Below, one piece after another: positions 8,148 through 18,498 of a stretch of DNA of 45,842 nucleotides. The stretch is taken from the IMG/VR virus record IMGVR_UViG_3300049639_000145; one strand, written 5' to 3'. A program made the translations under genes and the position numbers. Source of the stretch: a virus. Under the pieces are notes generated by a model. It did no database searches and was not told where the DNA came from. It saw nothing but the letters and a program-made list of their open reading frames with translations. Each line of letters starts with the position of its first letter. The stretch's first letter is position 1.

Positions 8148-10931
8148 GTGGCAGTAGGTGAGCTTGTAGTTAGTATAATAGGAGATATGCGAGAACTTTC
8201 CAAGACTTTCGCCCAGGTCCAGACTGAAATAGAGGGTATCGGAAAAAAGTTTCAGAGTGTGGGAAGTGCCCTTAAAGATACTGGAAAAACGATGTCTACC
8301 TACGTCACGGCTCCTTTGGTAGGCATAGGCGCAGTTTCACTTCATACTGCAGCTAATTTTGACGACTCAATGCGGAAAGTCCAGGCTGTTTCGGGTGCAA
8401 CTGGATCGGATTTTGAAAAACTTACAAATCAGGCTAGAGAGCTGGGAGCGACCACGGCATTCTCGGCATCCGATGCAGCGGACGCAATGTATTACCTTGC
8501 ACTCGCAGGCTGGGACGTCAACGAGATCATGGACGCCACGCCTGGGCTTCTGTCTCTCGCGAGTGCGGCAGGGATGGATTTAGGGCAGGCCGCTGACATC
8601 GTAAGTGACACAATGTCAGGTTTCACGATGAACGCTGACCAAGCTGGGAGAACGGCTGACGTTTTTGCAACCATCACCTCAAACGCAAACACTGATGTCC
8701 ACCAGCTAGGCGAGGCTATGAAATATGCTAGCTCGACGGCAAACGCTGCAGGTATGGACATTGAGCAGACTGCAGCAGTGCTGGGAGTTCTTGCAGACTC
8801 CGGTATCAAGGGAAGCATGGCAGGAACTACATTTAATGCTATGCTTAGGGATATGAAAAAGAATGCTGTCGACGGCACAATTGCGATCGGGGAACACACG
8901 ATAGCCCTATACAATCAAGACGGGACTATGCGTGACCTCGGCAGCATCATGGCAGAAGTAGAAAAAGCTACCAAGGGAATGACTGACATACAAAGAGATG
9001 CTGCTCTAAGTGCGATTTTCCAGGAAGAGTCCATAAGGGGAGTTAACATCATGCTTGCCACGGGCTCAGAGCGGTATCAAGAACTTGAAGAGAAGTTAAG
9101 AAGCTCGGAAGGCGCAGCAAAGAGCATGGCTGACACTATGGAAGGAGGTGTTGGCGGGGCAATTCGAGAGATGGAGTCCGCACTTGAAGAACTCATGATA
9201 GTTCTGGGGAATATAGTAGTCGCGGGAGTCACTCCACTTATAAAATATATCACTGATCTGGCAGACTGGTTCTCGAAACTCCCTGCTCCAATTCAACAGA
9301 CCGTTGTAGCCATAGGAGCGATACTGGCGGTATTTGGACCGCTCCTCGTAATAATCGGCTCGGTTGCCTCTGCGATAGGTTCTCTCGCTACACTGTTCGG
9401 CTCAGGCGGTGCTCTCGCGGCAGCTTTCGCCTTTGCGAAAACTGCTATAGCTGGAATAGTTACAGCCCTGGGTTCTTTTGCTCTGCCCATAGCGTTAGTT
9501 ATCGCAGCCGTCGGTGCTCTTGCTCTTGCCTGGAAGAACAACTGGTTTGACATTCAAGGAAAATTCCAGGCTGCAAAAACCGCCATAGAAACAGCTGTAA
9601 GAAACTTTTCGAATACGCTTCAGCAGTTGTGGCACGGGCTGATAATGGCAGCCGGAAACCTGAGAACGAACCTGTCAACGATCTGGGACTCAATCAAAAC
9701 GGTTTTCTCGACTGTCGGAAATGTGATTATTTCAGCGGTCCAAAACCTATATGCTGGACTCCAGAGCAGGTATAATTCCTTGATAGCTGCAGGGCAGAGC
9801 CTACTTGCTTCCTGGCGCACTCACTGGACGAATTTCCAGACAGCCATCAGCACAGCTGCAGGTGCAATATCCAGCTATTTAGGCACTCTATACTCAAACA
9901 TTCAGTCAAGGTTTGCGAGCATCAAAACTGCAGCCTCTTCCATTCTTTCGGCTTGGAAAAGCCACTGGTCGAGTTTCCAGTCTGCGACCTCGGCAGCTGC
10001 TTCAACACTGTCAAGTGTCCTTTCTTCCATGCACTCTTACGTTCAGAGCCGGTTCAACCAGATCAAGAGTGCAGCATCCTCTATTCTCTCAGCCTGGAAA
10101 ACTCACTGGAACAATTTCAAGAGCGCAACAAGTTCAGCCGCGAGTTCAATTAACAGCGCGTTAGGCTCAATGCTGTCTTATGTTCAGAGCAGATTCAACT
10201 CCATAAAATCTGCAGCTGCTTCAATACTGAGCGCATGGAAAACGCACTGGAACAACTTTGTATCTGCTACAAAAACAGCTGCAAGTAACATAAGCAGCGC
10301 ACTGTCATCCATGCTCTCAAATATGCAGAGTAGGTTCAACAGTATCAAATCAGCAGTGCTGAGTCTACTGAACGACTGGAAAGCTCGCTGGAATAACATT
10401 GTAAGTGCGACGAATAGCGCGGGTTCTCAGGTCGTAAATGCAGTAAAAGGTATAGCCTCTGATGTAAAAGCCCTGGTATCAAGTTTCTCAGCTGCAGGAC
10501 GGGCTATAATGGACGCTCTGTATGATTCTATATCGTCTGGATTTAGTAAAGCAATTAAAAAGGCCAAGGACTCCCTGAAGGAACTGAAATCTTACCTGCC
10601 TTCTTCACCGGCTGAAAAGGGTCCTTTCCGTGTTCTACCTAACTGGGATGCCGCTTTTTCAGATCCTATCGAGGCTTCAATCAAAAAAGTCAGGTCCATG
10701 TCTGGAGATCTGAGAAGCGCACTATCAGGACTCAGAAGCCCTATAGATTCTTCTCTATCAGCTGGATTCAGCAGGATCTCGAATATTACAAACTCTTATA
10801 CCACGTACGGAGGGGACACCATAAACATTGGTCCCAATACCATAAGCAATGGTATTGACCTGCAGGCAATAATCGCAGAGATCGAAAGACAAACCGCAAA
10901 CAAACGCAGGGCAAGGGGGCTTTACAAATGA
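8148..10931 (+). CDS. Tape measure protein (TP901 family)
   Basis: 927 aa; TP901 core (FDDSMRKVQAVSGATG...LGATTAFSA..AADAM..LA.AG); Trp-periodic helical repeats. Confidence 0.95.
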   Translation: MAVGELVVSIIGDMRELSKTFAQVQTEIEGIGKKFQSVGSALKDTGKTMSTYVTAPLVGIGAVSLHTAANFDDSMRKVQAVSGATGSDFEKLTNQARELGATTAFSASDAADAMYYLALAGWDVNEIMDATPGLLSLASAAGMDLGQAADIVSDTMSGFTMNADQAGRTADVFATITSNANTDVHQLGEAMKYASSTANAAGMDIEQTAAVLGVLADSGIKGSMAGTTFNAMLRDMKKNAVDGTIAIGEHTIALYNQDGTMRDLGSIMAEVEKATKGMTDIQRDAALSAIFQEESIRGVNIMLATGSERYQELEEKLRSSEGAAKSMADTMEGGVGGAIREMESALEELMIVLGNIVVAGVTPLIKYITDLADWFSKLPAPIQQTVVAIGAILAVFGPLLVIIGSVASAIGSLATLFGSGGALAAAFAFAKTAIAGIVTALGSFALPIALVIAAVGALALAWKNNWFDIQGKFQAAKTAIETAVRNFSNTLQQLWHGLIMAAGNLRTNLSTIWDSIKTVFSTVGNVIISAVQNLYAGLQSRYNSLIAAGQSLLASWRTHWTNFQTAISTAAGAISSYLGTLYSNIQSRFASIKTAASSILSAWKSHWSSFQSATSAAASTLSSVLSSMHSYVQSRFNQIKSAASSILSAWKTHWNNFKSATSSAASSINSALGSMLSYVQSRFNSIKSAAASILSAWKTHWNNFVSATKTAASNISSALSSMLSNMQSRFNSIKSAVLSLLNDWKARWNNIVSATNSAGSQVVNAVKGIASDVKALVSSFSAAGRAIMDALYDSISSGFSKAIKKAKDSLKELKSYLPSSPAEKGPFRVLPNWDAAFSDPIEASIKKVRSMSGDLRSALSGLRSPIDSSLSAGFSRISNITNSYTTYGGDTINIGPNTISNGIDLQAIIAEIERQTANKRRARGLYK
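9762..10467 (+). repeat. Five 141-bp (47-aa) tandem repeats in the tape measure gene
   Basis: QSR[FY] recurs at 9762, 9903, 10044, 10185 and 10326. Confidence 0.85.
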
Positions 10932-11275
10932 GCTTTTTATCAGTGACTTTCGCAGGTCTGCCAGTCTCAGCCTATCAAGACAGTGAAATCAATTTCACGG
11001 TAACAGCGAAGGAAGTGCAGCTTTATAACGGCGATTTTTTCGCTGCTATAAGCAACAAAAAACGAGATTTCCCCCGCTCTTTCGACTGCTATACAGAGGA
11101 TTATACCGAGATCTCCAATCTAGCGGACGCTATCGGCACATTCGGCACTCTGGTTATAGATGGTGAAAGTTTTCCAGACTGTTACATCTCGGACCTCGGA
11201 GCTATCAAGGAAATTGTTAGAGGGTCCGGGAAATTCACATACTCAATAAAATTCTCGAAGGTCGATCAACATTGA
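10928..11275 (+). CDS. Distal tail (Dit)-like protein
   Basis: Immediately after TMP; small beta-rich protein. Confidence 0.5.
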   Translation: MSFLSVTFAGLPVSAYQDSEINFTVTAKEVQLYNGDFFAAISNKKRDFPRSFDCYTEDYTEISNLADAIGTFGTLVIDGESFPDCYISDLGAIKEIVRGSGKFTYSIKFSKVDQH

Positions 11276-11400
11276 CAGCAACAGAAACAGCGTCCCTTAC
11301 GGTCATTGATATCAAATCTAGGGACCGCGAGGGCAACATAACCGAGTATATCAGGATACATCCAGATGGAAAAGAGGAGGTCTTAGTATCGCGACGCTAA
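11272..11400 (+). CDS. 42-aa hypothetical tail-region protein
   Basis: Hand-translated, TTG start overlapping the upstream TGA; fills the gap in the operon. Confidence 0.45.
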   Translation: MTATETASLTVIDIKSRDREGNITEYIRIHPDGKEEVLVSRR

Positions 11401-11774
11401 CCGATAAGGCACTTGAAGCAGCTGCAAGAATGATTATAGGGGAGTCCCCTCCTGATCCTTTTGTCTATATGGCCACAGGGACGGGGGCAAGGGCCGAAAG
11501 TACCGCCGACACTGCATTAGAAAACGAAAACACGCAATACGGAGCACAGAGGGCGCAGGCGACCGTATCTTATGTCAGTCTTGGGATTTCACAGTGGTCT
11601 ATTCTGTATGCCTTTACTGGACCAGTGACGATCAGGGAACTGGGGATATTCAACGCTCCCGTAGGCGGTGACATGTTCTTAAGGCATGTGCTCTCGGAAA
11701 ATAAAACCTATTCCGACGGTGAGAGCGTCGAGATCACGATTACGAACACAAATACAAGGGTAACATCCATCTAA
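11388..11774 (+). CDS. Tail fibre/collar N-terminal-like protein (MATGTG...DTALENE); probable non-canonical ATC start
   Basis: ORF 11430..11774 extends in frame to ATC-GCG-ACG-CTA at 11388, 7 nt after GAGGAGG. Confidence 0.55.
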   Translation: MATLTDKALEAAARMIIGESPPDPFVYMATGTGARAESTADTALENENTQYGAQRAQATVSYVSLGISQWSILYAFTGPVTIRELGIFNAPVGGDMFLRHVLSENKTYSDGESVEITITNTNTRVTSI

Positions 11775-11787
11775 GGAGCTCTGGAAA

Positions 11788-12384
11788 ATGGTCACGCTTA
11801 ATATCGTTCCTGTCGACGATCCCCCTTATACCGTGGATGATGACGGTGCTATCCACATCGTTCTGAAGGATACTGCTAATACCTACGCAGACGGCAGCAA
11901 CCCGCAAAAAGATTTTATTGTCATTCCGAAAGAGCAAACGATGCAGGGTCTAAACAAGGCTCTGATCCTGGCTAAGGAAGAGGCAATCGATTATTTCAGG
12001 AAGGAAGCTGAACGAATCGCTTATAGACACTTAGTAATTACCGGAATGAACCATGTCACAATTCCCGAAGTGATCTTCTCAGGAGACCCTGCCGGATACG
12101 AGAAGGTCGAGAAAATAGGAGTCAACAAAGACGAAATCATCATTGCAGATTCAATAGACGTTAGGATTATAAGTGCTGATATATGCGAAGTATCGGCTGC
12201 TGTTCTTGGAAAAGATCAGGACAGATCCCAAGCAAGAAATGTGAAAATCACATGGAATAGAAACGAGGGTCTTGATTCATGCCGGGACAAGCTAATCACG
12301 GCATATAATAACATAATTTCAACACCAGAAGACGCTATTAGATCACAGCTTATACAAGGAATTGGTACAGTAGTACCGGAATGA
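11788..12384 (+). CDS. Hypothetical tail-region protein
   Basis: ORF track; lies within the operon. Confidence 0.6.
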   Translation: MVTLNIVPVDDPPYTVDDDGAIHIVLKDTANTYADGSNPQKDFIVIPKEQTMQGLNKALILAKEEAIDYFRKEAERIAYRHLVITGMNHVTIPEVIFSGDPAGYEKVEKIGVNKDEIIIADSIDVRIISADICEVSAAVLGKDQDRSQARNVKITWNRNEGLDSCRDKLITAYNNIISTPEDAIRSQLIQGIGTVVPE

Positions 12385-12394
12385 GGTGATAAAT

Positions 12395-12778
12395 ATGGCA
12401 CTTTCGAAAACACCAACTCTTATACTTAATAACGTAACGATAGCAGCAAACAGCGCAAGTGCCGCAAGTACAGGCGTGGACCTGAACGATGCGGTTGACT
12501 TCGGCATTGGATACCAAATGACGTTTCACTCAAGCGCAACAAAGGGGGCTCGTATTGACCTGTATGCCGATCCAGCAGGAGCTTCACAAAGTTTCACGAT
12601 CGGCACATATGCAGACCCATGCGACTCAGGAGACGTGCAGGTAGACGCAGGCCATCAGGTACAGGGATTTATACAGATGCAGAGAGCCGCCCGTTATGTA
12701 AGGGCTAGAGTGGTAAACCTTGACACCATGCAGGCAATAACAGGCTGTTCACTCTGGGCAATTGTGCAGAAACCTTAA
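12395..12778 (+). CDS. Hypothetical virion protein (jelly-roll-like beta pattern)
   Basis: GAGGTG RBS upstream of ATG 12395. Confidence 0.6.
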   Translation: MALSKTPTLILNNVTIAANSASAASTGVDLNDAVDFGIGYQMTFHSSATKGARIDLYADPAGASQSFTIGTYADPCDSGDVQVDAGHQVQGFIQMQRAARYVRARVVNLDTMQAITGCSLWAIVQKP

Positions 12779-12793
12779 TGATAGGGTGGAAGC

Positions 12794-15700
12794 GTGAGTA
12801 TAAACCCTTATCTCGCTTGGAAGTATAAGCTAGAAGTCCATGTCACAGGATTTTCGACGACTAAGGATTTCCTGGCTAATATGATCCTGCTTTATCGTCC
12901 AGGGATGCGGGCAGATTTCAGGGATATAAGAGCCTCTACCAAAACAGGGGCGAAAATCCCTCTGTTTATCGAGTCGATAGTGGAGTTTAACCAGGCGTTC
13001 ATATGGTTTAAACTTCCTAAGAATTGCGATTTCTTTTATCTACACTACGGAAACGGCGGGGCAACTTCCGAAAGCGATGGTAAGAAGGTTTTCACATTCT
13101 TTGACCATTTTGAGAAATTGGATACTACAGTCTGGCGTCTAATAGCCGGCTCAGCGACTGTTTCAAAGTCGATACTCACGCTTCAAAACACGTCACAGAG
13201 TAGCGTTTTAGAAAGCTACTCGACATTTCCAACTAACACAGTGGTGGAAATCAAGGCACAGTACAACGCAGGCAACCGGACAATTTTTGGATACCGGAGT
13301 TACAGCTCACAAAAAGCAGCAGCCTGGCAGAGCTCGGCAGTAGGAGACGCGAATAATCAGAGGTTCGCTCACAACGGCACGACCGGCAACTGGGACAGCG
13401 ACGGAGTAAACAGAGCAGGGGGTTCCTATTATGTTTATGGAGTCGCTCACCTGGTATCCGGGCCGCTTTACTACGTCAATTATACCTATCGCGGGACCAT
13501 TACAGATTACATCCCCGGAAACGTCTCCCTGCCTGTTCAGTTCTATTGCTACTCAAATACAGGACCATTCAGGGTCGATTGGGTTAGGGTTAGGGATTTT
13601 GATGCGACCCTACCAACTCTCACGATAGGGCGGAAGTTCACAACCCAGCCTAAAGGATTTCCCTGGGATAATGCAATTACAGAGGCAAATACCAGGATGG
13701 GAATGTATCCATCCGTAAATATAAAGTCATTTTTAAAAAATATTAATACTAAATTAGGAATGAAAACGAGCGTAATGTTTAGGCGTCCTCTTTTTTATAA
13801 TCCACAGCTCAGAAGTCCTTATCCTCGCTGGAAATACAAAGGAGAAATAGAACTTGGTGAACAGGAGAGCCCGGCACGGGTCCGGCTCCCTATCCTCCCA
13901 GGCATGGCCCTCGACGGGCGAGATCTGAGATTCACGGACAGAGCAGGGAACGACCTTAATTTTAATATTTTTGATATAGGGTCTGACTATCTCGACTGTT
14001 GGGTCGAGATCCCTGCAGGAACTCGTATAATAGATTTTTATTACGGTAACGGGGTTGCTGAATCGAAAAGCAACTCTGGAATTGTGGGCGTCCCTGATAC
14101 AGAAACGATCGTAACCGTAACCCCCCATATAGGCGGAGAGGACGACGTCTGGCAGTTCCCAGGCTGGAAATATCAGCAGGAAATAAACCTCTCGGCTACG
14201 GCTACCGGAGGCGAGCAGATCCTCCTCTCTATTCCATACCGTCCAGGCATGACAGCAGACGGCAGAGATTTAAGATTTTATGACCTGGCAGGGAATAAGC
14301 TATCGTACTTCTTAGAAACCATTACATCCTCGACATTTTCGGTATGGGTTAAGCTCCCTGCAGATCATGATAAAATTATAATGGTTTTCGGCAACGGTCT
14401 TGCTACCTCTGAAAGTTCTGCATCGGATGTTTTCGACCTGTGGGATGATTTCGAAGGGTCTACTCTTGGGTCTGAGTGGACTCTAGAAGGAGGGACGGCC
14501 TCAGTTACCAACTCAACTCTGGTATTAGGAAGTACGGAACGTAATAGTTTAATCCGGGGATCCTCTACTTTCGGACCAGGGCATCTGGTAGAAATGAGGA
14601 TGTACCACCCGAACCAAAACCAGACCATTTGCGGGTTCTGGTCTGCATCTAATCAGAGGGCGTGCTGGTTAGGAGCTGCGGGGACAAATTACAATGATCA
14701 TACACATACTTATAACGGTTCTAACTATACAAATACAGACGATGGAATAAATAGAGGCGGTACAACATTCCACAAATACGGAATAACTTACGAGGCTGGT
14801 AGTGTTGGTTTTTTCGTGGATGACAATTACCGTCGAACCATGACCGAAACAACCCCTTCTGAATCTATCCCGATTTCCTTTTATTCAGAAGTAAATAAAG
14901 GTAATCTAGTCGTTGATTGGGTCAGGGTCCGGAAAATTACCAATATAACCGGGACTCTCGGGAAGCTGAAAAGGCAAACTGGAGCAGTGTATTACGAGAC
15001 CACGACCGAAACAGTTATAGAAATTATTCCTCCTCTCCAGATCTCCCACCGCCCACAGTGGAAGACTCCACAGATTTATTATGAATACATTAAGACACCC
15101 TCGTCTTTTATTGGAATGGTCCCAGGGGAACCAACTTTTAAAGAGCGTCGAGAGCTTGGCGATTATGCTATTGTATCCTGCGAGGTTAACAGGTCCATTA
15201 ATGACGCTTATATGCAGCTCTCGACCGAGTTTCAAAACCTCACAGTACCGCCCGAAGGCTCGACAATAAAACATAATGCATATGACTCGCATGGCAACCC
15301 TCACTTATTATTCCATGGAAAAATAGTAACTAATTCGCCGACTCACGGACATTATTCCCAAACCGTGAAAATGCACGCGGCGGATAACAGTATAAACCTA
15401 GTAACTCAGCCAGTCCCCTGGGTATATCAGGTAATTGATACAGCAGTGGATACAGTCCCTAACTGGCTTGTAAGGATTTTAGAGCCTGAAAAGTCTGGGG
15501 TGTATCCTAAAACGCTTATAGATACTAACAAAGAGCCTAAACAGTTTGTTTTCGATCCTAAAACCAAAAAACTAGAGGCAATAAAGGAGCTTGCAAAATA
15601 CGCAGGATGCCTGTATCAGACGAAACTCATAACAAGAGAAATTGATGGGCATATAATCACAAGACCAGAATTTTATTTTGTGCCTCCAGAACGGATTGAC

Positions 15701-16504
15701 GAGCCAGTTAACGGTTTTGATCTGCCTGCCCCTCTGGAGCTGAACGTCGACGACTGCAAGCTCGCCAGCGATCCCCAGGTCACAAACGAAAGCGAGGAAA
15801 AATATAACTCTGTCATAGTTTATGGAGTCCTTAGCGAGAACGGGGAAAGTGTAGTCGCTCAAGCATTTTCTTATGAGGTCTATACAGGAGAACAAAAACC
15901 TAAAGTATATATTATTGAAGATAACGCGATCACGGAAAAAGGCAGCACAGCCGAGCGTGAAGCCATAAAATGGCTCCTGTACTTCCTGGCTAAACGGGTC
16001 AAGGTCAGCATGTCTTTTGTGGACCGGTTCGACCTGGAGCTGTATCAGAGAATCCGGTTTGGACCGGGATTTTCAAACAAGCTGCAAGAGCTTACCAGCT
16101 CCACCCAGGTTCAGCAAGTCGCAGCCTGCGACCCCAGGGACGCCGAGAACTCCACCCACTTAATAGACGTCTCAGGAGTCCCCCGCCCGGCATGGCTGCG
16201 GATTTCAGACATAAAATATCATAGTGAGCATAAACTAGAAACGGTAACTGTCACTGCAATCACAGATAATATATATTCTGTAGTTGACCCAATAGTCCCT
16301 GAGCCATACAACGAGTACCTGAGCCCAGGATACTATAAACCGGTAATAGATGACCTTGTGGATACAACCCAGTCGATAGTAGATGATAAGTTAGAAAAAC
16401 AGCTAACCCCTGAGAGCTGCACGGTCCTGAGCATAAACGAGGAAAATAATACCGCAGTAGTGCAAACAGCAAGCGGAAAAATCGTAACGGTGTCACTGGC
16501 ATGA
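12794..16504 (+). CDS. Large tail protein: three DUF2341-like modules with lectin-like domains, plus C-terminal baseplate hub-like region
   Basis: Three repeats of W.Y...I....GM..D..D.RF.D..G..L.....E.......WVK[LI]P...YGNG with following FDDF/VDWVRVR segments. C-terminal ~450 aa resembles a tail hub. Confidence 0.7.
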   Translation: MSINPYLAWKYKLEVHVTGFSTTKDFLANMILLYRPGMRADFRDIRASTKTGAKIPLFIESIVEFNQAFIWFKLPKNCDFFYLHYGNGGATSESDGKKVFTFFDHFEKLDTTVWRLIAGSATVSKSILTLQNTSQSSVLESYSTFPTNTVVEIKAQYNAGNRTIFGYRSYSSQKAAAWQSSAVGDANNQRFAHNGTTGNWDSDGVNRAGGSYYVYGVAHLVSGPLYYVNYTYRGTITDYIPGNVSLPVQFYCYSNTGPFRVDWVRVRDFDATLPTLTIGRKFTTQPKGFPWDNAITEANTRMGMYPSVNIKSFLKNINTKLGMKTSVMFRRPLFYNPQLRSPYPRWKYKGEIELGEQESPARVRLPILPGMALDGRDLRFTDRAGNDLNFNIFDIGSDYLDCWVEIPAGTRIIDFYYGNGVAESKSNSGIVGVPDTETIVTVTPHIGGEDDVWQFPGWKYQQEINLSATATGGEQILLSIPYRPGMTADGRDLRFYDLAGNKLSYFLETITSSTFSVWVKLPADHDKIIMVFGNGLATSESSASDVFDLWDDFEGSTLGSEWTLEGGTASVTNSTLVLGSTERNSLIRGSSTFGPGHLVEMRMYHPNQNQTICGFWSASNQRACWLGAAGTNYNDHTHTYNGSNYTNTDDGINRGGTTFHKYGITYEAGSVGFFVDDNYRRTMTETTPSESIPISFYSEVNKGNLVVDWVRVRKITNITGTLGKLKRQTGAVYYETTTETVIEIIPPLQISHRPQWKTPQIYYEYIKTPSSFIGMVPGEPTFKERRELGDYAIVSCEVNRSINDAYMQLSTEFQNLTVPPEGSTIKHNAYDSHGNPHLLFHGKIVTNSPTHGHYSQTVKMHAADNSINLVTQPVPWVYQVIDTAVDTVPNWLVRILEPEKSGVYPKTLIDTNKEPKQFVFDPKTKKLEAIKELAKYAGCLYQTKLITREIDGHIITRPEFYFVPPERIDEPVNGFDLPAPLELNVDDCKLASDPQVTNESEEKYNSVIVYGVLSENGESVVAQAFSYEVYTGEQKPKVYIIEDNAITEKGSTAEREAIKWLLYFLAKRVKVSMSFVDRFDLELYQRIRFGPGFSNKLQELTSSTQVQQVAACDPRDAENSTHLIDVSGVPRPAWLRISDIKYHSEHKLETVTVTAITDNIYSVVDPIVPEPYNEYLSPGYYKPVIDDLVDTTQSIVDDKLEKQLTPESCTVLSINEENNTAVVQTASGKIVTVSLA

Positions 16505-17988
16505 CCACTGTATATGTTTCGAGCCTGGGAACTGATGAATACACCGTAGACGGAACAGCCGACGACATCCAGATTAACCAGGCTCTTTTATACGCTCATA
16601 ATAACGGTACAGATACCAACCCTGTAACGGTTTATCTTCGAGGGCCTTTTACTTACGAGCTTTCTTCATGGCTGTTAATGGGGAATAATACAATCCTTAC
16701 AGGCGACCCAACCGCCAAGCTCAGGCTGAAAAATAACGCAGGCTGGACCAACATCTACACAACGGAAGACCCAGGCACAGAGCCGCTTATAAAACAGAGA
16801 GTTAACCCTATCCGAAACGTCGAGGTCCATAACTTCGAAATTGACGCAAACAAGGACAACCAGCCCGGATACGTCCACGGAAAACTAAATTACATTATAA
16901 TGTTTTTCACGAATGCCACAAATATTTCTATGCATGATATGTATATTCACGATGGGCAAAGCGACGGCATGAGGATGGCAAATAGCAACAATCTATACTT
17001 TTTTAATAACAGAGTAGAGCGTATGGGTCACGATGGCTGTTTCTTTCTAAGGTCCTCAAACTTTATGATTTTCGGGAATGTAACTAAAATAAGAACCAAC
17101 AGCGCACACCGAATTTATAATACAGGGCATGGTAAGATTTTTAATAATTATATGGAGCCTTACGCTTTAAATTCCCTGGCTGGAAACCCTGGCATACAAA
17201 TCGAGCACGGCGATGATACGTATGATATGTCAGGAATAGAAGTGTATGGGAACGAGATCGTTAACGCCTGGGGGGAAGGGATGTGGATAATCGAGTATGG
17301 AACCGGATCGAACCAGAATAATAAAGGGCTTCATGTTCATGATAATATTATCCGTGGTGCTGGCAGGATTACCACAATTTATTATAATGCAGGTATTGCC
17401 GTCGGGGGATGGAATGGTGCAACCTTCGAGAGAAACACTATAGAAGATTGCTATAACGCCGGATTTCTCGTTTATACGGCCGCAGGAGCTCCAACTACCC
17501 TATATGTAAAGGATAACGTAATCACAGGCACAAAAATTACCCTTAATAGCTCGAAACCTACCTGGACGGGTTACGGGATGGTATGCCCGAATGGGTATAA
17601 TACGACGATCCAGGCAACTGGAAACGGTCTTGATGGCAATGCTAGCGGGGATTACTATGGGAATATCGTATATACTGATGCTATCCGGGCATCCTGCCGT
17701 ATGGGGATGTATGCAGCAGCTCCCAGCGTGATCGACCTGCAGGAACCAACCGAGCCGGAAGGGGTGCAGCCTGGAGACTGGGGCCTGGTCCTGCCTTCTG
17801 AGGGAGGGAAGTACAAATATATTTTATATCCTTTCAAAATGCCCAAGGTCGGCGAGCGGTGCTTAATTTATCCTGCACACTCAAGAAAGTATTACCTGCT
17901 TAAGCTGGCGCAGGGAGCCCAGCCAGGCGATAAGATCATCGCTATAACGGACAGGAAGGGCCGGTCCTGGGGAGTAGTAGGAAAATAA
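16501..17988 (+). CDS. Right-handed beta-helix (pectate-lyase fold) tail spike / putative depolymerase
   Basis: DGTADDIQINQAL start, repeated beta-helix coils (N/D/G-rich, DG.R, GI.I), position after the hub. Confidence 0.75.
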   Translation: MTTVYVSSLGTDEYTVDGTADDIQINQALLYAHNNGTDTNPVTVYLRGPFTYELSSWLLMGNNTILTGDPTAKLRLKNNAGWTNIYTTEDPGTEPLIKQRVNPIRNVEVHNFEIDANKDNQPGYVHGKLNYIIMFFTNATNISMHDMYIHDGQSDGMRMANSNNLYFFNNRVERMGHDGCFFLRSSNFMIFGNVTKIRTNSAHRIYNTGHGKIFNNYMEPYALNSLAGNPGIQIEHGDDTYDMSGIEVYGNEIVNAWGEGMWIIEYGTGSNQNNKGLHVHDNIIRGAGRITTIYYNAGIAVGGWNGATFERNTIEDCYNAGFLVYTAAGAPTTLYVKDNVITGTKITLNSSKPTWTGYGMVCPNGYNTTIQATGNGLDGNASGDYYGNIVYTDAIRASCRMGMYAAAPSVIDLQEPTEPEGVQPGDWGLVLPSEGGKYKYILYPFKMPKVGERCLIYPAHSRKYYLLKLAQGAQPGDKIIAITDRKGRSWGVVGK

Positions 17989-18043
17989 AATCCCCTTTTC
18001 TGGTAGGATTAGAGGCACTTTTCGCCGTGCTCCTCAAACGATC

Positions 18044-18289
18044 TCAGGCTTCCAGGTATAAACGCCTTAGACTGGTCGAGAAATGCGCTCTAAAAGCCTT
18101 AGAATAAACCTCTGCTACCGTCGTTGAGATTGATGTCGTTTCGGTTTTCAGAAACCATTTATGCTCCTGAAATTCAGTACGAACAAATTTTCCTTTAAAA
18201 CCCTCTGGTCCTGAATATTCCATTTGATGATTTATATTATCAGGATCGACTTCAATTTTCTTTTTTATGTGCTCACCTGGATAAAACAA
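18044..18289 (-). CDS. Hypothetical protein or gene fragment
   Basis: ORF track only; TTG start. Confidence 0.25.
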   Translation of the reverse strand: MFYPGEHIKKKIEVDPDNINHQMEYSGPEGFKGKFVRTEFQEHKWFLKTETTSISTTVAEVYSKAFRAHFSTSLRRLYLEA

Positions 18290-18322
18290 TGTGATCCCAC
18301 TATGGTAAGAACCCTACAAAAA

Positions 18323-18436
18323 ATGAGTAACGGCTGCATAAATTTCCTAAAAATGCTCGGAACGCTTACGGGCATTGGCTAACTTATTGTCGGTATTGCA
18401 GCGGCATTTACTGAAGCTCCGAAGGTTGGACCGTGA
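18323..18436 (+). pseudogene. Small hydrophobic peptide gene with in-frame TAA (18380)
   Basis: MSNGCINFLKMLGTLTGIG*LIVGIAAAFTEAPKVGP*; the hydrophobic stretch continues across the stop. Confidence 0.25.
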
Positions 18437-18498
18437 GAAGATTCCAGTTTATTTCTTTTTTTTCAAAAACGTTGACACTTATTTAATTGAGGTATAAC

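Noticed and set aside
6444-8203. Long antisense ORFs over structural genes (e.g. 6444..7019, 7667..8203, also 31080..31646)
   Set aside because: They are shadow frames of well-supported genes on the opposite strand, with no motifs or RBS.
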